Of a DNA stretch of 64,000 nt, positions 22,101 to 35,600 are shown piece after piece (the first letter of the stretch is position 1; every line of letters starts with the position of its first letter). A program made the translations under genes and the position numbers. The notes under the pieces were generated by a model. The model had not been told where the DNA came from, made no database searches, and saw nothing but the letters and a program-made list of their open reading frames with translations. Origin of the DNA: Macrostomum lignano (taxonomy: Eukaryota); assembly GCA_002269645.1 (NCBI GenBank), contig NIVC01001989.1, forward strand, positions 124,001 to 188,000, written 5' to 3'.

Positions 22101-25100
22101 TGGCCGCCTTGTTTCATATTTCAATTCATTATTGGAATTCTAGAATACAGGAATTCTATTTATTGATAAATTTAAGTAGTCAGTAAACATGGAGTGTGCA
22201 GACTTCTGCAACTTCTGTCTGTCTTACTAATGTGTCTCGTGAAATTTTTGCAGATCGAGTGGCCCCGCTACCCAGTTTCAACAATCGGCATCGCGGTACG
22301 TCATTTCAGTTTTAGATTATTATTACTTATTGCTTTGCAGAATAGCTTAATTTGCAAGTTTGCATAATCGTTTCCTGTCATATTAAACTTAGTGGGAATG
22401 GGTGTTTACAAGTTCAACTAACACTGTTTCCATCTTCAAGTCATGACAAACCGTAAATAATGATATGCACTTTTCGATCAGACAGGCAGTTAAAAGCCAG
22501 TGAAGTTACACTATGTCTGGCCATGATGTATGATTTCTGAGATTGTCACCTTAATTGTATAAGCTGTGCCTATACGATGATGTGCCTCGTAAGCTAGTAC
22601 AGAGTGTACTGTGGGACCTGCACCATCTGTATGAGCTGTGCCTATTAGCTAGTACAGAGTGTACTGTGGGACCTGCACCATCTGTATGCGCCATCCGCAC
22701 TGCAGGCCTCCGCCTTGGCGGGCCGGGTCGCCCGCATCACCACAGCAAGCAGCAGCAGCCAACTTACGAGTCGGCTGGCAGCATGATGTCAAGCGATCTG
22801 GACTCGACCTCATTTCTTGACAGCGAAGATGACATCGAGAGCAGCCGGTTCAGCAGCGCCACCAACACTACCTACTCCGCCGCCGCTGCCAGGAAAAATC
22901 TGCAGAAACGGCATCATCGGCACAAAAAACGGGCACCGCATATTAGCAGAGTGAGTAGCTAGATAACGAGGGCTGACCTTGTCTTATGTTTATTGGCTGG
23001 TGACAATCTGCATTTATACTACTATTAGTTAGCTTATTAGTACTATCCATCCATCCAAAGCATCCATATTGTAGTGTTTTCTTGTCCGTCTCTGTCTGTC
23101 TGTCTGTCTCAGTGTCTGTCTTTCTGTCTGTCTGTCGACGTCCCTGCTACCGTACGCGCTCATCGATATTCATAATCCATTAATACATGTACTTCGCATG
23201 TCATCCGTCAGACATCTCTTAACTCTTCACGGTAAAATCAGCGGCCGCTGTCCTAAACCAACATCGCCAAACCGACATCTCAAACTGACACCCCTAAACC
23301 GACACCCCAAACCGACATCTCAAACCGAGACCCCCAAACATACCTCAGAACCGGCACCCTCAAACCCAACACCCCCAAACATACCTCAGAACCGGCACCC
23401 TCAAACCCAACACCCCCAAACATACCTCAGAACCGGCACCCTCAAACCCAACACCCCCAAACATACCTCAGAACCGGCACCCTCAAACCCAACACCCCCA
23501 AACATACCTCAGAACCGGCACCCTCAAACCCAACACCCCCAGACGTCCTCGTTCAGCAGCGTGACTGAGTCGGCGGTGTCCCTGGACGTGCGCACCGTGG
23601 AGCTGGACATGGACGCGGTGCAGTTCCTCGGCATCAGCATAGTAGGCCATCCGGCAGCCAACGGCGGCTCCGGCGGCATCTACGTCGGTTCAATCATGCG
23701 CGGCGGCGCCGTGGAACGCGAAGGCAGCATCCAGCCGGGCGACATGCTGCTCGAGGTTAACAATATCGCTTTTGAAAATCTTGAAAACGACGAAGCCGTT
23801 CGAATATTACGCGATCAGGTGCAGAAGCCGGGCAAAATTCGTCTAGTAGTGGCCAAGTGCTGGGACTCGCGCGATTATCAGTTGCGCACAATGCCGCGCG
23901 AGGAGCCGGTCAGGCCTATCGACCCGCGCGCCTGGGTGCTGCACACCAACGCTATGCGACAGGACCCGGACAGCGGCAGCGGCGGCACTGGCACGCTTGG
24001 CGGCTCTCAGCAGATCGCACCGGCCGCTTCCTGTCTGGTTGGCGGCCTGCCTGAGAATGTTGATAGCCGGCTCACTGTCACAGGTGCGCCTGCGTCTTTA
24101 ATTGCCTTTAATTGTTGTCCTAGCCCTGCTGCTTGAGAAAAATGCGTTTATCCATCCTAATTATCTTCTGGCTGGCCTTTAATTGCCCTCGGCAACTCGG
24201 TCGTCCTGCCTAAATATTGCACCAATACAGACTCTCCTCGCCAAGAATCGCCCCGATACCCCACCAAGAATCGCCCCGATACCTTACCAAGAATCGCCCC
24301 TATACCCCACCGAGAATCGCCCCGATACTTTACCAAAAATCGTCCCGATACCCCACCGAGAATCGCCCCTATACCCCACCGAGAATCGCCCCTATACCCC
24401 ACCGAGAATCGCCCCTATACCCCACCGAGAATCGCCCCTATACCCCACCGAGAATCGCCCCTATACCTTACCAAGAATCGCCCCTATACCCCTCCGAGAA
24501 TCGCCCCGATACCTTACCAAAAATCGCCCAGATACCTCACTAAAAATCGCCCCTATACCCCACCGAGAATCGCCCCGATACTTTACCAAAAATCACCCTG
24601 ATACCTCACCGATAATCGCCCCTATACCCCACCGAGAATCGTCCCGATACTTTACCAAAAATCACCCCGATGGCTCACTATGAATCGCTCCGATGCGCCG
24701 CCAAGAATCGCTCCGATGCGCCGCCAAGAATCGCTCCGATGCGCCGCCAAGAATCACTCGGATACCCCACCAAGAATCGCTCGGATACCCCACCGAGAAT
24801 TGCCCCTATACCCCACCAAGAATCGCCCCGATACCCCACCAAGAATCGCCCCGATAGCTTACCAAGAATTGCCCCTATACCCCACCGAGAATCGCCCCGA
24901 TACCTAACCAAGAATCGCCCCGATACCTTACCAAGAATCGCCCCTATACCCCACCGAGAATCGCTCCGATACCTTACCAAAAATCACCCCGATACCTCAC
25001 CTAGAATCGCCCCTATACCCCACGAAGAATCGCCCCGATACCTTACCAAGAATCGCCCCTATACCCCACCGAGAATCGCCCCTATACCCCACCGAGAATC

Positions 25101-28100
25101 GCCCCGATACCTTACCAAAAATCGCCCAGATACTCCACCAAGAATCGCTCGGATACCCCACCATGAATCGCTCGGATACCCCACCGAGAATCGCTCGGAT
25201 ACCCCACCAAGAATCGCGTCGGATACCCCACCGAGAATCGCTCGGATACCCCACCGAGAATCGCTCGGATACCCCACCGAGAATCGCTCGGATACCCCAC
25301 CAAGAATCGCGTCGGATACCCCACCGAGAATCGCTCGGATACCCCACCGAGAATCACTCAGATACCCCACCGGGAATCGCTCAGATACCCCACCAAGAAT
25401 CGCTCGGATACCCCACCAAGAATCGCTCCGATACCCCACCAAGAATCGCTCGGATACCCCACCAAGAATCGCTCCGATACCCCACCAAGAATCGCTCGGA
25501 TACCCCACCAAGAATCGCTCCGATACCCCACCAAGAATCGCTCGGATACCCCACCAAGAATCGCTCGGATACCCCACCAAGAATCGCTCGGATACCCCAC
25601 CGAGAATCGCTCCGATACCCCACCAAGAATCGCTCGGATACCCCACCGAGAATCGCTCCGATACCCCACCAAGAATCGCTCGGATACCCCACCAAGAATC
25701 GCTCCGATACCCCACCAAGAATCGCTCGGATACCCCACCAAGAATCGCTCCGATACCCCACCAAGAATCGCTCGGATACCCCACCAAGAATCGCTCGGAT
25801 ACCCCACCAAGAATCGCTCCGATACCCCACCAAGAATCGCTCGGATACCCCACCAAGAATCGCTCCGATACCCCACCAAGAATCGCTCGGATACCCCACC
25901 AAGAATCGCTCGGATACCCCACCAAGAATCGCTCGGATACCCCACCAAGAATCAAATTATAAACCTTAGCAATTCCGCTCACCCTGTGCAGCCGCAAGCG
26001 TCAGCACGTCTTCCTGTTCCTTGCCCGAGTCGGAGCGCTACACAGCCGAGGAGCTGATGCCGCCCCTCACTACTCAGACTGATCTGCACACCATTGCCAG
26101 CGCCATGGCTATGCCGGACTCCGGCTTGGAGGTTCGGGATCGCACCTGGCTTAAAATACCTATCCCGAAGGCTTTCATTGGTAAGCTGGCGTTCAATTAA
26201 TCATAATGAATAGAAAGTATGCTAAAACTCTATTTTTCCTACTGTTAGTAGTTTATTTATCTCTGATTTACAAATACGAGTATATTATAGTGTTTATCTC
26301 CACATAAGTTTTACTTAAACAAGCACTTTTAATTTTATAAATTGGCCGAGCTCAAACAGCACTCTCCTGATTTCGGTCTCCTAAGAGTGTTCCAAAGCAC
26401 TGGCAAGTCACTCAAAGTGCGCGCTTGTGTCAACATAGGTCACTCAAAGTGCGCTTGTGTCAACATAGGTCACTTAGAGTGCGCTTGTGTCAAAGAAGGT
26501 CACTCAAAGTGCGCGTTTGTGTCAACGTAGGTCACTTAGAGTGCGCTTGTGTCAAAGAAGTTCGGTCGCTCAAAGTGCACGCTTGTGTCAAACCATGCCA
26601 ATCAAATTAAGTGCCAAAGCATATCAATCAAAAGGGCTTTTTAACAATGGGCCTTGAGGTGTCTAAGGAGGCATTCAGAGATTTAAAATCACGCGCACAT
26701 ACCCGCAGGCTCCGATCTAGTCGATTGGCTCTACACTCGAGTCGAAGGCTTCACTGAGCGTAAAGAGGCGCGCAAATGGGCAGCCGAGATGCTTCGCCAA
26801 GGCTGCATCCGGCACAAGGTTAACAAGGTGGGATTCTCCGAGCAGTGTTACTATGTGTTTGGCGACTGTGCTGTCGGCGGAGTCTCAGCAGCAGCTGACG
26901 TCCATCCACCGCCGCCGCCTGCCCTACCGGTAGACATGTCGAAGCTTAACGTCGGCGGCGGCTTCGACTCCGGTGGCTCTGGTCGCCAACAGCTGCCGCA
27001 GCCGCAGATGCCGCCGATAAACTGGGCGCCTCCAGGGCCGCCGCCTAGCTACACAGGTGCGATGCCGCTGCCTTACTCCTTAGACCGAGCAGATAGCGTC
27101 AGCCAGTACAGCAGCTTGCAGGCGAAAACTCCTACACCGCTGGGCGCCATGCCGCCGGTTAATTCTGCCGCTGTTGGCAGCGACAACTCCAGTGAGTGCG
27201 GCTCTGTAGCTAATCCAGATTCTAACTGGGATTCTAATGGTCTAATCCAGATTCTAACTGGAATTCTAATGGTCTAATCCAGATTCTAACTGGAATTCTA
27301 ATGGTCTAATCCAGATTCTAACTGGGATTCTAATGGTCTAATCCAGATTCTAACTGGAATTCTAATGGTCTAATCCAGATTCTAACTGGAATTCTAATGG
27401 TCTAATCCAGATTCTAACTGGGATTCTAATGGTCTAATCCAGATTCTAACTGGAATTCTAATGGTCTAATCCAGATTCTAACTGGGATTGTAATGGTCTA
27501 CTTTATATTCTATCTGGGATTCTAATGGTCTAATTCATTTTTAACTGGGATTCTAATGGTCTAACCCAGATTTTAACTGGGATACTAATGGTCTAATCCA
27601 GTTCTAACTGGGATTCTAATGGTCTACTTTATATTCTATCTGGGATTCTAATGGTCTAATTCATTTTTAACTGGGATTCTAATGGTCTAACCCAGATTTT
27701 AACTGGGATACTAATGGTCTAATCCAGTTCTAACTGGGATTCTAATGGTCTACTTTATATTCTATCTGGGATTCTAATGGTCTAATTCATTTTTAACTGG
27801 GATTCTAATGGTCTAACCCAGATTTTAACTGGGATACTATTGGTCTAATCCAGTTCTAACTGGCGTTCTAATGATCCAATCCAGATTCAAACTGGGATTC
27901 TAATGGTCTAATACAGATTCTAACTGGAATTTTAATGGTCTAATCAAATTCTGATGGTCTAGTCTAGATCCTAATAGTCTAATCAAGAATCTAATTGAGG
28001 TTCTATTCAATAATATTCTAGTCCAAACTCTAATAACTGAGTTTCTAATTTTATTCAGATTTTAGCTGGGATTCTGATGATCTAATTCCGATTCTAACTG

Positions 28101-28485
28101 GGATTCTGATGGTTTAATCCAGGTTCTGACTAAGATATTGTAATGGTCTAATCCGGAATCTAACTGAGTTTTTAATGGCCTAAGATATTAGAATTTTAAT
28201 TATCTAATTCGCATTCTAACCGGGTTTCAGTAGTATAAAATCCAGATTCAAATAGTCTAATGCAGAGTTTTTAAGATCGAATTCTAATGCGATTCCTAAT
28301 GAGATTCTAATGACAACCTAACATTGATTTATAAGTGTTAGATGTAAAAAATTCCTGCAGCCGACTCCGTTGCCCTCCCCCCCCCCCTAGTCGGCAGCAG
28401 TTCGGCTTCATCCGGCAGCCTGCACCCGGCGGCCCCCGATACGCTGGGCGGCGGCAGCAAGCAGGGCTTCAGGCCAGGCGGCTAA
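19152..28485 (+). CDS. dvl: Dishevelled, join(19152..19315,20597..20666,21853..21991,22254..22295,22706..22950,23543..24083,25992..26180,26709..27191,28361..28485), about 665 aa
   Basis: DIX ([17 protein letters not shown]...[16 protein letters not shown]), Ser-rich/basic region ([10 protein letters not shown]), PDZ (FLGISIVG...[14 protein letters not shown]...PGDMLL), EPVRPIDP motif, DEP ([27 protein letters not shown]...[11 protein letters not shown]). All introns are GT-AG and phase-consistent. The last exon is less certain. Confidence 0.93.
20915..21670. repeat. 30-31-bp minisatellite in Dvl intron 2
   Basis: (GAGCCCTGGCATCTCAGCAACTCCCCCTCT)n. Confidence 0.9.
23337..23542. repeat. 41-bp minisatellite (5 copies) ending at the Dvl exon 6 acceptor
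   Basis: AAACATACCTCAGAACCGGCACCCTCAAACCCAACACCCCC repeated; the array terminates in CCCCCAG|ACG. Confidence 0.9.
24225..25950. repeat. 23-bp minisatellite filling Dvl intron 6
   Basis: (AAGAATCGCTCGGATACCCCACC)n, about 1.7 kb. Confidence 0.95.
26405..26600. repeat. About 30-bp minisatellite in Dvl intron 7
   Basis: Repeated CACTCAAAGTGCGCTTGTGTCAA. Confidence 0.8.
27205..27960. repeat. 32-bp minisatellite in Dvl intron 8 with a 126-bp higher-order block
   Basis: (CTAATCCAGATTCTAACTGGAATTCTAATGGT)n. The variant CTACTTTATATTC recurs at about 27498, 27624 and 27750. Confidence 0.9.
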
Positions 28486-30244
28486 GCTGCAGAATGCATG
28501 CATTATAGTGCTGGGCACTTGCCTTAGTAATATGAATTGGTATGTCATTTTATAAGCTGCTATCTCTCCTGAATGGCGGTGTCTGGCATTGTGCTGTAGT
28601 ACTCTATATGTAATAATTATCAATACTTTAAAATCGTATGTCTTCGCAATAAATCTTCTCAGTAGCAAATGCACACACCATACTGGCTATGCTGACAACA
28701 TTCAGTGTTTAAAGTGTCTGTCTATCACTTTGAATTGCATCAGACTCCATCATCTCATTCATTTTTTTGTTGTATAATCTTGTTGCGCCTGTGCTGGAGC
28801 AGCTCTCCACACATTTCACAACTACGTTTCACTGTTCAACTTGTGGTGATTTACATATATCAACGTGTAAAGAAAATGTTTCTTTTTCAAATGTATCCAA
28901 AGTTTATAGATTTCTACAAGATTGTGAGTGCCTGCATTGCAGTGTTTCTGTACGGGTAGGCATGCTCTGAATATTTACCACCGATCGGTGATCAATCCAA
29001 TATGAATTTCCTCAAAATCATTGCTTCGTTCCTGCAATATGCGCATAAGCTACTGAATGAAAAGTAGTTTACAAGCGTATTGCCTGTGCACTGATCAAGC
29101 GGAACAAATCTTGTTGATATCTATGGTCTGTTGGATCTGTCTCCTTTCCTCACCATAGGTAGTTCTACTGTTAGGCTGTGTTTTACCTGCGTACCGGACC
29201 TCTCCCGACAGAAGGAAGTAGAGAATAATGCCTTCTATCTATTGCTTGCGAGGGCTGCGATTTTGCTTTTTATCTTCTGTTTTCGTTTTGCGTGACAACG
29301 CTGCTTTCGTATGAATCAAAGCAAATTGCATCAGTGGAGTTCTGTTTCTTTCGCTGCTGCTGTTGTTGCTTTCCCAAGCTCTGTGCTTTATTGTCTGCTT
29401 CTTTTTGGCTCTCTGTCTCCGTCTTTTTATTTTGACGTGTTCAGCACTTGCTAGCGGCGATCCTCTTGTCTGCCCGTCTATCTGTTTGTCTGTCTGTAGT
29501 CTGCTGCGTGTCTGTGTGCCTGTTTGTCTCTGCTTGTCTGTCTGCCTTGCTGTCTGTCTATCCATCTACATCGCCTTTATTCCCGTTCATAAGCATTTTC
29601 ATAATAAAGTATACTCATGAAACAACTCTTGTGCAAGAGCAGTTTTTTAATTAAGAGTCGTAGCGGCGCTTTTCAGTATAGATTTTCAATATAGCATGTG
29701 TAATTAATAACTGTGCCCTGTCAGTTATTGTTTCTGTCCAATAGTACAATTGCAATAAATATTAGATATAATCGGCGCCTCCTACATTAAGATATGCTGT
29801 TCTCAGTCTCGGATGTGCTGTCCACGCGCCCTGCCAGATTGTATATGTTCGCTGGCTTTTCACTTGACAACTGATCACTCTTTAGACATTTCAGCTAATG
29901 TGATTTACAAAATCGCCGTGTTTATCCCATAGTTGCTGTGTACTTTTACTATACGTGTATTAATATTTTTAGCCTGCTGCTATTCAAGCGTCAGTGATTT
30001 TAACAAAAAGAAAGTTTACTCTTCAGAGTTTTAGCCTGAGCTCTCTGCCCCTCTGCGTTCAGGAATAGAAATATAATTTCGCCTGTCCATTCAGTGTCGC
30101 TCCTGTAATCATATATATTAGCTTATGTCAGTTCTGCGTTGGGCATGCAATTTCTTTGCCTGTAAGAAATCGTCTTGTTTGTCGGCGTCTTTGGTGTTAC
30201 TTTCTTTATGCTGGTAATATCTCTGATCGAACTCCCTGCACTTC

Positions 30245-32345
30245 TGAGATTTTGTCCTCACCCTATGATGAGATTTTGTGTCTCAGCCCCACCCCATGAT
30301 GAGATTTTGTGTCTCAGCTCACCCTATGATGAGATTTTGTGTCTCAGCTCACCCTATGATGAGATTTTGTGTCTCAGCCCCACCCCATGATGAGATTTTG
30401 TGTCTCAGCTCACCCTATGATGAGATTTTGTGTCTCAGCTCACCCTATGATGAGATTTTGTGTCTCAGCCCCACCCCATGATGAGATTTTGTGTCTCAGC
30501 TCACCCTATGATGAGATTTTGTGTCTCAGCTCACCCTATGATGAGATTTTGTGTCTCAGCTTACCCTATGATGAGATTTTGTGTCTCAGCCCCACCCCAT
30601 GATGAGATTTTGTGTCTCAGCCCCACCCTATGATGAGATTTTGTGTCTCAGCTCACCCTATGATGAGATTTTGTGTCTCAGCCCCACCCTATGATGAGAT
30701 TTTGTGTCTCAGCTCACCCTATGATGAGATTTTGTGTCTCAGCTTACCCTATGATGAGATTTTGTCTCAGCCCCACCCTATGATGAGATTTTGTGTCTCA
30801 GCTTACCCTATGATGAGATTTTGTCTCAGCCCCACCCTATGATGAGATTTTGTCTCAGCCCCACCCTATGATGAGATTTTGTCTCAGCCCCACCCTATGA
30901 TGAGATTTTGTGTCTCAGCTCACCCTATGATGAGAGTTTGTGTCTCAGCCCCACCCTATGATGAGATTTTGTGTCTCAGCCCCACCCTATGATGAGATTT
31001 TGTGTCTCAACCCCAGCCTATGATGAGATTTTGTGTCTCAACCCCAGCCTATGATTAGATTTTGTGTCTCAGCCCTACATGTGTATGATGAGATTTTGTG
31101 TCTCAGCCCCAGCCTATGATGAGATTTTGTGTCTCAGCTCCACCCTATGATGAGATTTTGTGGCTCAACCCCATGATGAGAGTTTGTGGCTCAACCCCAT
31201 GATGAGAGTTTGTGGCTCAACCCTACGATGAGAGTTTGTGGCTCAACCCTATGATGAGAGTTTGTGGCTCAACCCTATGATGAGAGTTTGTGGCTCAACC
31301 CCATGATGAGAGTTTGTGGCTCAACCCCATGATGAGAGTTTGTGGCTCAACCCATGATGAGAGTTTGTGGCTCAACCCCATGATGAGAGTTTGTGGCTCA
31401 ACCCCATGATGAGAGTTTGTGGCTCAACCCTATGATGAGAGTTTGTGGCTCAACCCCATGATGAGAGTTTGTGGCTCAACCCTATGATGAGATTTTGTGG
31501 CTCAACCCCTCCCTTAGATGAGATTTTGTGTCTCAGCTCACCCTATGATGAGATTTTGTGTCTCAGCCCCACCCTATGATGAGATTTTGTGTCTCAGCTC
31601 ACCCTATGATGAGAGTTTGTGTCTCAGCTCACCCTATGATGAGAGTTTGTGTCTCAACCCCACCCTATGATGAGATTTTGTGTCTCAGCTCACCCTATGA
31701 TGAGAGTTTGTGTCTCAACCCCACCCTATGATGAGATTTTGTCTCAGCTCACCCTATGATGAGATTTTGTGTCTCAGCTCACCCTATGATGAGATTGTGT
31801 CTCAACCCCACCCTATGATGAGAGTTTGTGTCTCAGCCCCACTCTATCATAGGATTTTGTGTCTCAGCTCACCCTATGATAAGATTTTGTGTCTCAGCTC
31901 ACCCTATGATGAGAGTTTGTGGCTCAACCCCATGATGAGAGTTTGTGGCTCAACCCCATGATGAGAGTTTGTGGCTCAACCCCATGATGAGAGTTTGTGG
32001 CTCAACCCCATGATGAGAGTTTGTGGCTCAACCCCATGATGAGAGTTTGTGGCTCAACCCTATGATGAGAGTTTGTGGCTCAACCCCATGATGAGAGTTT
32101 GTGGCTCAACCCTATGATGAGAGTTTGTGGCTCAACCCCATGATGAGAGTTTGTGGCTCAACCCTATGATGAGAGTTTGTGGCTCAACCCCATGATGAGA
32201 GTTTGTGGCTCAACCCTATGATGAGAGTTTGTGGCTCAACCCCATGATGAGAGTTTGTGGCTCAACCCCATGATGAGAGTTTGTGGCTCAACCCCATGAT
32301 GAGAGTTTGTGGCTCAACCCTATGATGAGAGTTTGTGGCTCAACC
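30245..32345. repeat. Composite satellite of alternating 30-bp and 26-bp unit blocks
   Basis: (CTCACCCTATGATGAGATTTTGTGTCTCAG)n alternates with (ATGATGAGAGTTTGTGGCTCAACCCC)n. Both 26-bp blocks end in CTCAACCCCTCCCTTAGATG. Confidence 0.9.
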
Positions 32346-32675
32346 CCTCCCTTAGATGCGATTTTGCGTCTTAACTTACAACGTTTCAACTTTGAAAGTA
32401 CCTGCACCTAATGTTTATAATATACTATAAGTAATATTTGATTTTTGTAAATTTCTCAACCTCACACTGCACCGAAGACTTTAAAGTTCTCCCTCAGAAT
32501 TTATCCAAATTACGCAGCTAATATTGCTGACCAGGAGGAGAGGAAAAAATGCAGGCCTTTAGAAGTCTTAGTTGCTAAACATGCAGCAATAACTGACTTT
32601 CCATCTGTATAATCCGGCACTGGTCTTGTTTACAAGCAGCTCTCGCACTCGTGCCTGTGGAATCTCCGGACTCAC

Positions 32676-35600
32676 CTGATGCTGTAGATAAATGCCCCCT
32701 CCCGGCCTTCTCTGCCTGTCACTTGCGATAAAAATGTCAACGAGCTTCGTCTAGAAAACGAATTTGCTTCACAGAGGTACATGTTGTCTAGTCCAAATAA
32801 AAGTACATCGAGTTTTGCGTTTACTCGCCGCAGCTCTGTGACTTCTTGATCCGGCCGGGTGTGGCACAAAGCTGCGCTAAGATGCGGCGGGCAGAACTGC
32901 CTGTATGAATTCAGCTGTGCTATTTCATACGATAATTCCATTGGGAAATCTCAGCTGTCCCAGAAATCCAACTTTCTAGCTGCCGGATGCAGGATGGAGG
33001 CTATTGAAGGGAGAGTACAGTCGAATCGGGTGCGCTCCGCGTGCAGATGATGATTATCTGATGAAGATGGAAATCACAAGCACAATATACTCGTATAATT
33101 ATAGCTCGTAGCAGATGTTCAAGGAAACGATTCAACACACGCAACAGGTCAAAACTCACTAACCTTCAACAAACTTCTCACGGGATTCGAGTACAGCGTC
33201 CTTCTATAGTCTAGAAGTCCCAGACTCTCGTATACCTGCAGAGCCCGCCTCTGCAAATTGCCCAACCGTGTCCTGTGTATTAGAGAGCACCGGAACTGAG
33301 GGCTCAGTGGCGTGCAGTGCAGCACAAGGGAACGGAAGTAACACTGCGGGAGCCGCCTGTCGCCTCTGATTAGAAAATGATAGATCGGAGAAATGTTCCT
33401 TTGAGCTTCTCCCTATAAATCACCCCCGCTGAATCCTACATGTACCTATCCCAGACAGTCTCACCTTAAAATTTTAATTGACCGGTCTGCACGACGTGCG
33501 AATCGGCTGCGATTGCACTAATTAAAGGCCGTGATATAGCTACATATATGATGGGCCTTCTGGGATATCCTTTTGGCTTTTTATAAAGAGCAGGCGATGG
33601 TGGGCGCGCATGGCTGAGGTTGGCGATGGGTGGGTGCATGGCTGGGGTTGGCGATGGGTGGGTGCATGGCTGGGGTTGGCGATGGGGTGGGTGCATGGCT
33701 GGGGTTGGCGATGGGTGGGTGCATGGCTGGGGTTGGCGATGGGTGGGTGCATGCATGGCTGGGGTTGGCGATGGGTGGGTGCATGGCTGGGGTTGGCGAT
33801 GGGGTGGGTGCATGGCTGGGGTTGGCGATGGGTGGGTGCATGGCTGGGGTTGGCGATGGGTGGGTGCATGCATGGCTGGGGTTGGCGATGGGTGGGTGCA
33901 TGGCTGGGGTTGGCGATGGGGTGGGTGCATGGCTGGGGTTGGCGATGGGGTGGGTGCATGGCTGGGGTTCGCGGCGGGGTGGGTGCATGCATGGCTGGGA
34001 TTGACGATGTGGTGGGTGCATGGCTAGAATTGGCGATGGGGTGGGTGCTTGCATGGCTGGGGATGGCAATGGGGTGGGTGCATGTATGGCTGGGGTTGGC
34101 GATGGGTGCAGATCAGATGCTACAGCGAGGACAACCGCGCACTCTGCGTTTCGTTAAGATTTTTTTGACAGTGTGCCATGTTTTGAGCCTAACAGACTCA
34201 CTATTTGCCGTCTTTTGTTTTTCCCGCAATTAAATTTGTCCAGCAAAGACAATAATTATGTAATGCAAATTTATACCTCGTTTGCTTGTTTTCTTGCCGT
34301 CTGCAATCACTTTCTTATTATAGAGGTTCCTTCCTCCATCTGCGAAATTTCCCAGTCATCGCAATTACTGCACTGGACATCGGGTGCTGATCCTTCCGCC
34401 TTCAAAATTGATCCAATTTAGCGAATCGACGTTGACCGCCCATGTAAAGAAGGCTTATTCCCATCTTCTATAGGATCAAAGAACGCCAAGTCTCGCCAGA
34501 AATTGAAGCAATTATCAATAAACTCGTATAATGCGAAGCGTCTTTGAGCGTCTTTGGAAATAATCGCTTGCTGACGCAGAAAATCCGCTGTCTCAAGCTT
34601 CAAATTGACGAGGGCGTCCCTATAGTAGGGAGCGAATAAAAAATATAATTTCCCACCGATTTAAGAAAACTCCGAGCTTTAGGCCGTGTACGCGTCGTAT
34701 TTTTGCACCTGGCTGTGCGTGCGTTTTAGTCGCTGAGAGTCGCTGAGAGAATTCAAATTCGTTCCTATACTAGCTACTGGGTAGGTTGAAGCAGCGCTAA
34801 GCAGATGCTTTTTGTCACTCACATGGCCCAGCTCTATAAATAGGAGTTCTAGCAAATTGGACTTTAAAATATGGCGCACTCAAAATGCTTTTACAGGCGG
34901 AAATTTACTAAATTGCAGAAAGTGTACGTGCCTGACGATTAGAAAGCCAGGGCCGCTGTGTACACCCTGAGCGCGTGCCTGTGTACACAGTATTGGCACT
35001 CTTGCATGTGCTCAGGAGTCATTGAAATAGGCCGAATTGCCTCACCCCAGGTTGTGGAACGATGTCGCCGAAGGCATTGCGCCAGGGTGCAGCTGTCTCC
35101 AGATTTGATCATTTAAATATGATAGATGGCTGAGGGGGGCCGTAGCCCAGCGGTAGCGCAGCTGCTCTGGTGTGCCAGCGGCCCAGGCTCGATTCCAAGT
35201 GCAGTCACATTAATTTGGGGCTGAATTGGAATCTCGGCTTGGCTCTGCTCGTGCAATTAACGGCCTTGAGAGCCAACCCCCCAAGGCGCAGTGAAGTGTA
35301 CATGCCTAAAGATCAAATAAAGTTAGGGCCGCTGTACACTCCTGTGTGAGTGTGTGCCTGTGCGTGTGACTGCGTACGTATCCGCGCGCTTGTGTGCCTG
35401 CTCAGGGGAGTCGGCGGAATGGGCAGTAATGCCTCTCGCCGGTTGTGTGCCTATGTCGCTTAAAGTGCGCCAGGGTGCACACAACCCCCTGCCTCTAATA
35501 AAAAAATGATAGATGGCTGATTTTTTTTACTTTATCCAACTCCACATGTCAATCGAGCAGTGCCAAGCTTTCCGGTGCACCCAGTCCAACAGCAGGACAA

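Noticed and set aside
24157-25997. ORFs of up to 430 aa with [10 protein letters not shown] repeats
   Set aside because: Translations of the 23-bp array in Dvl intron 6; the flanking Dvl exons splice across it in frame.
30245-32345. ATGATGA as C-box snoRNA or hammerhead core
   Set aside because: Only a word inside a satellite unit; no D box or GAAA core with proper stems.
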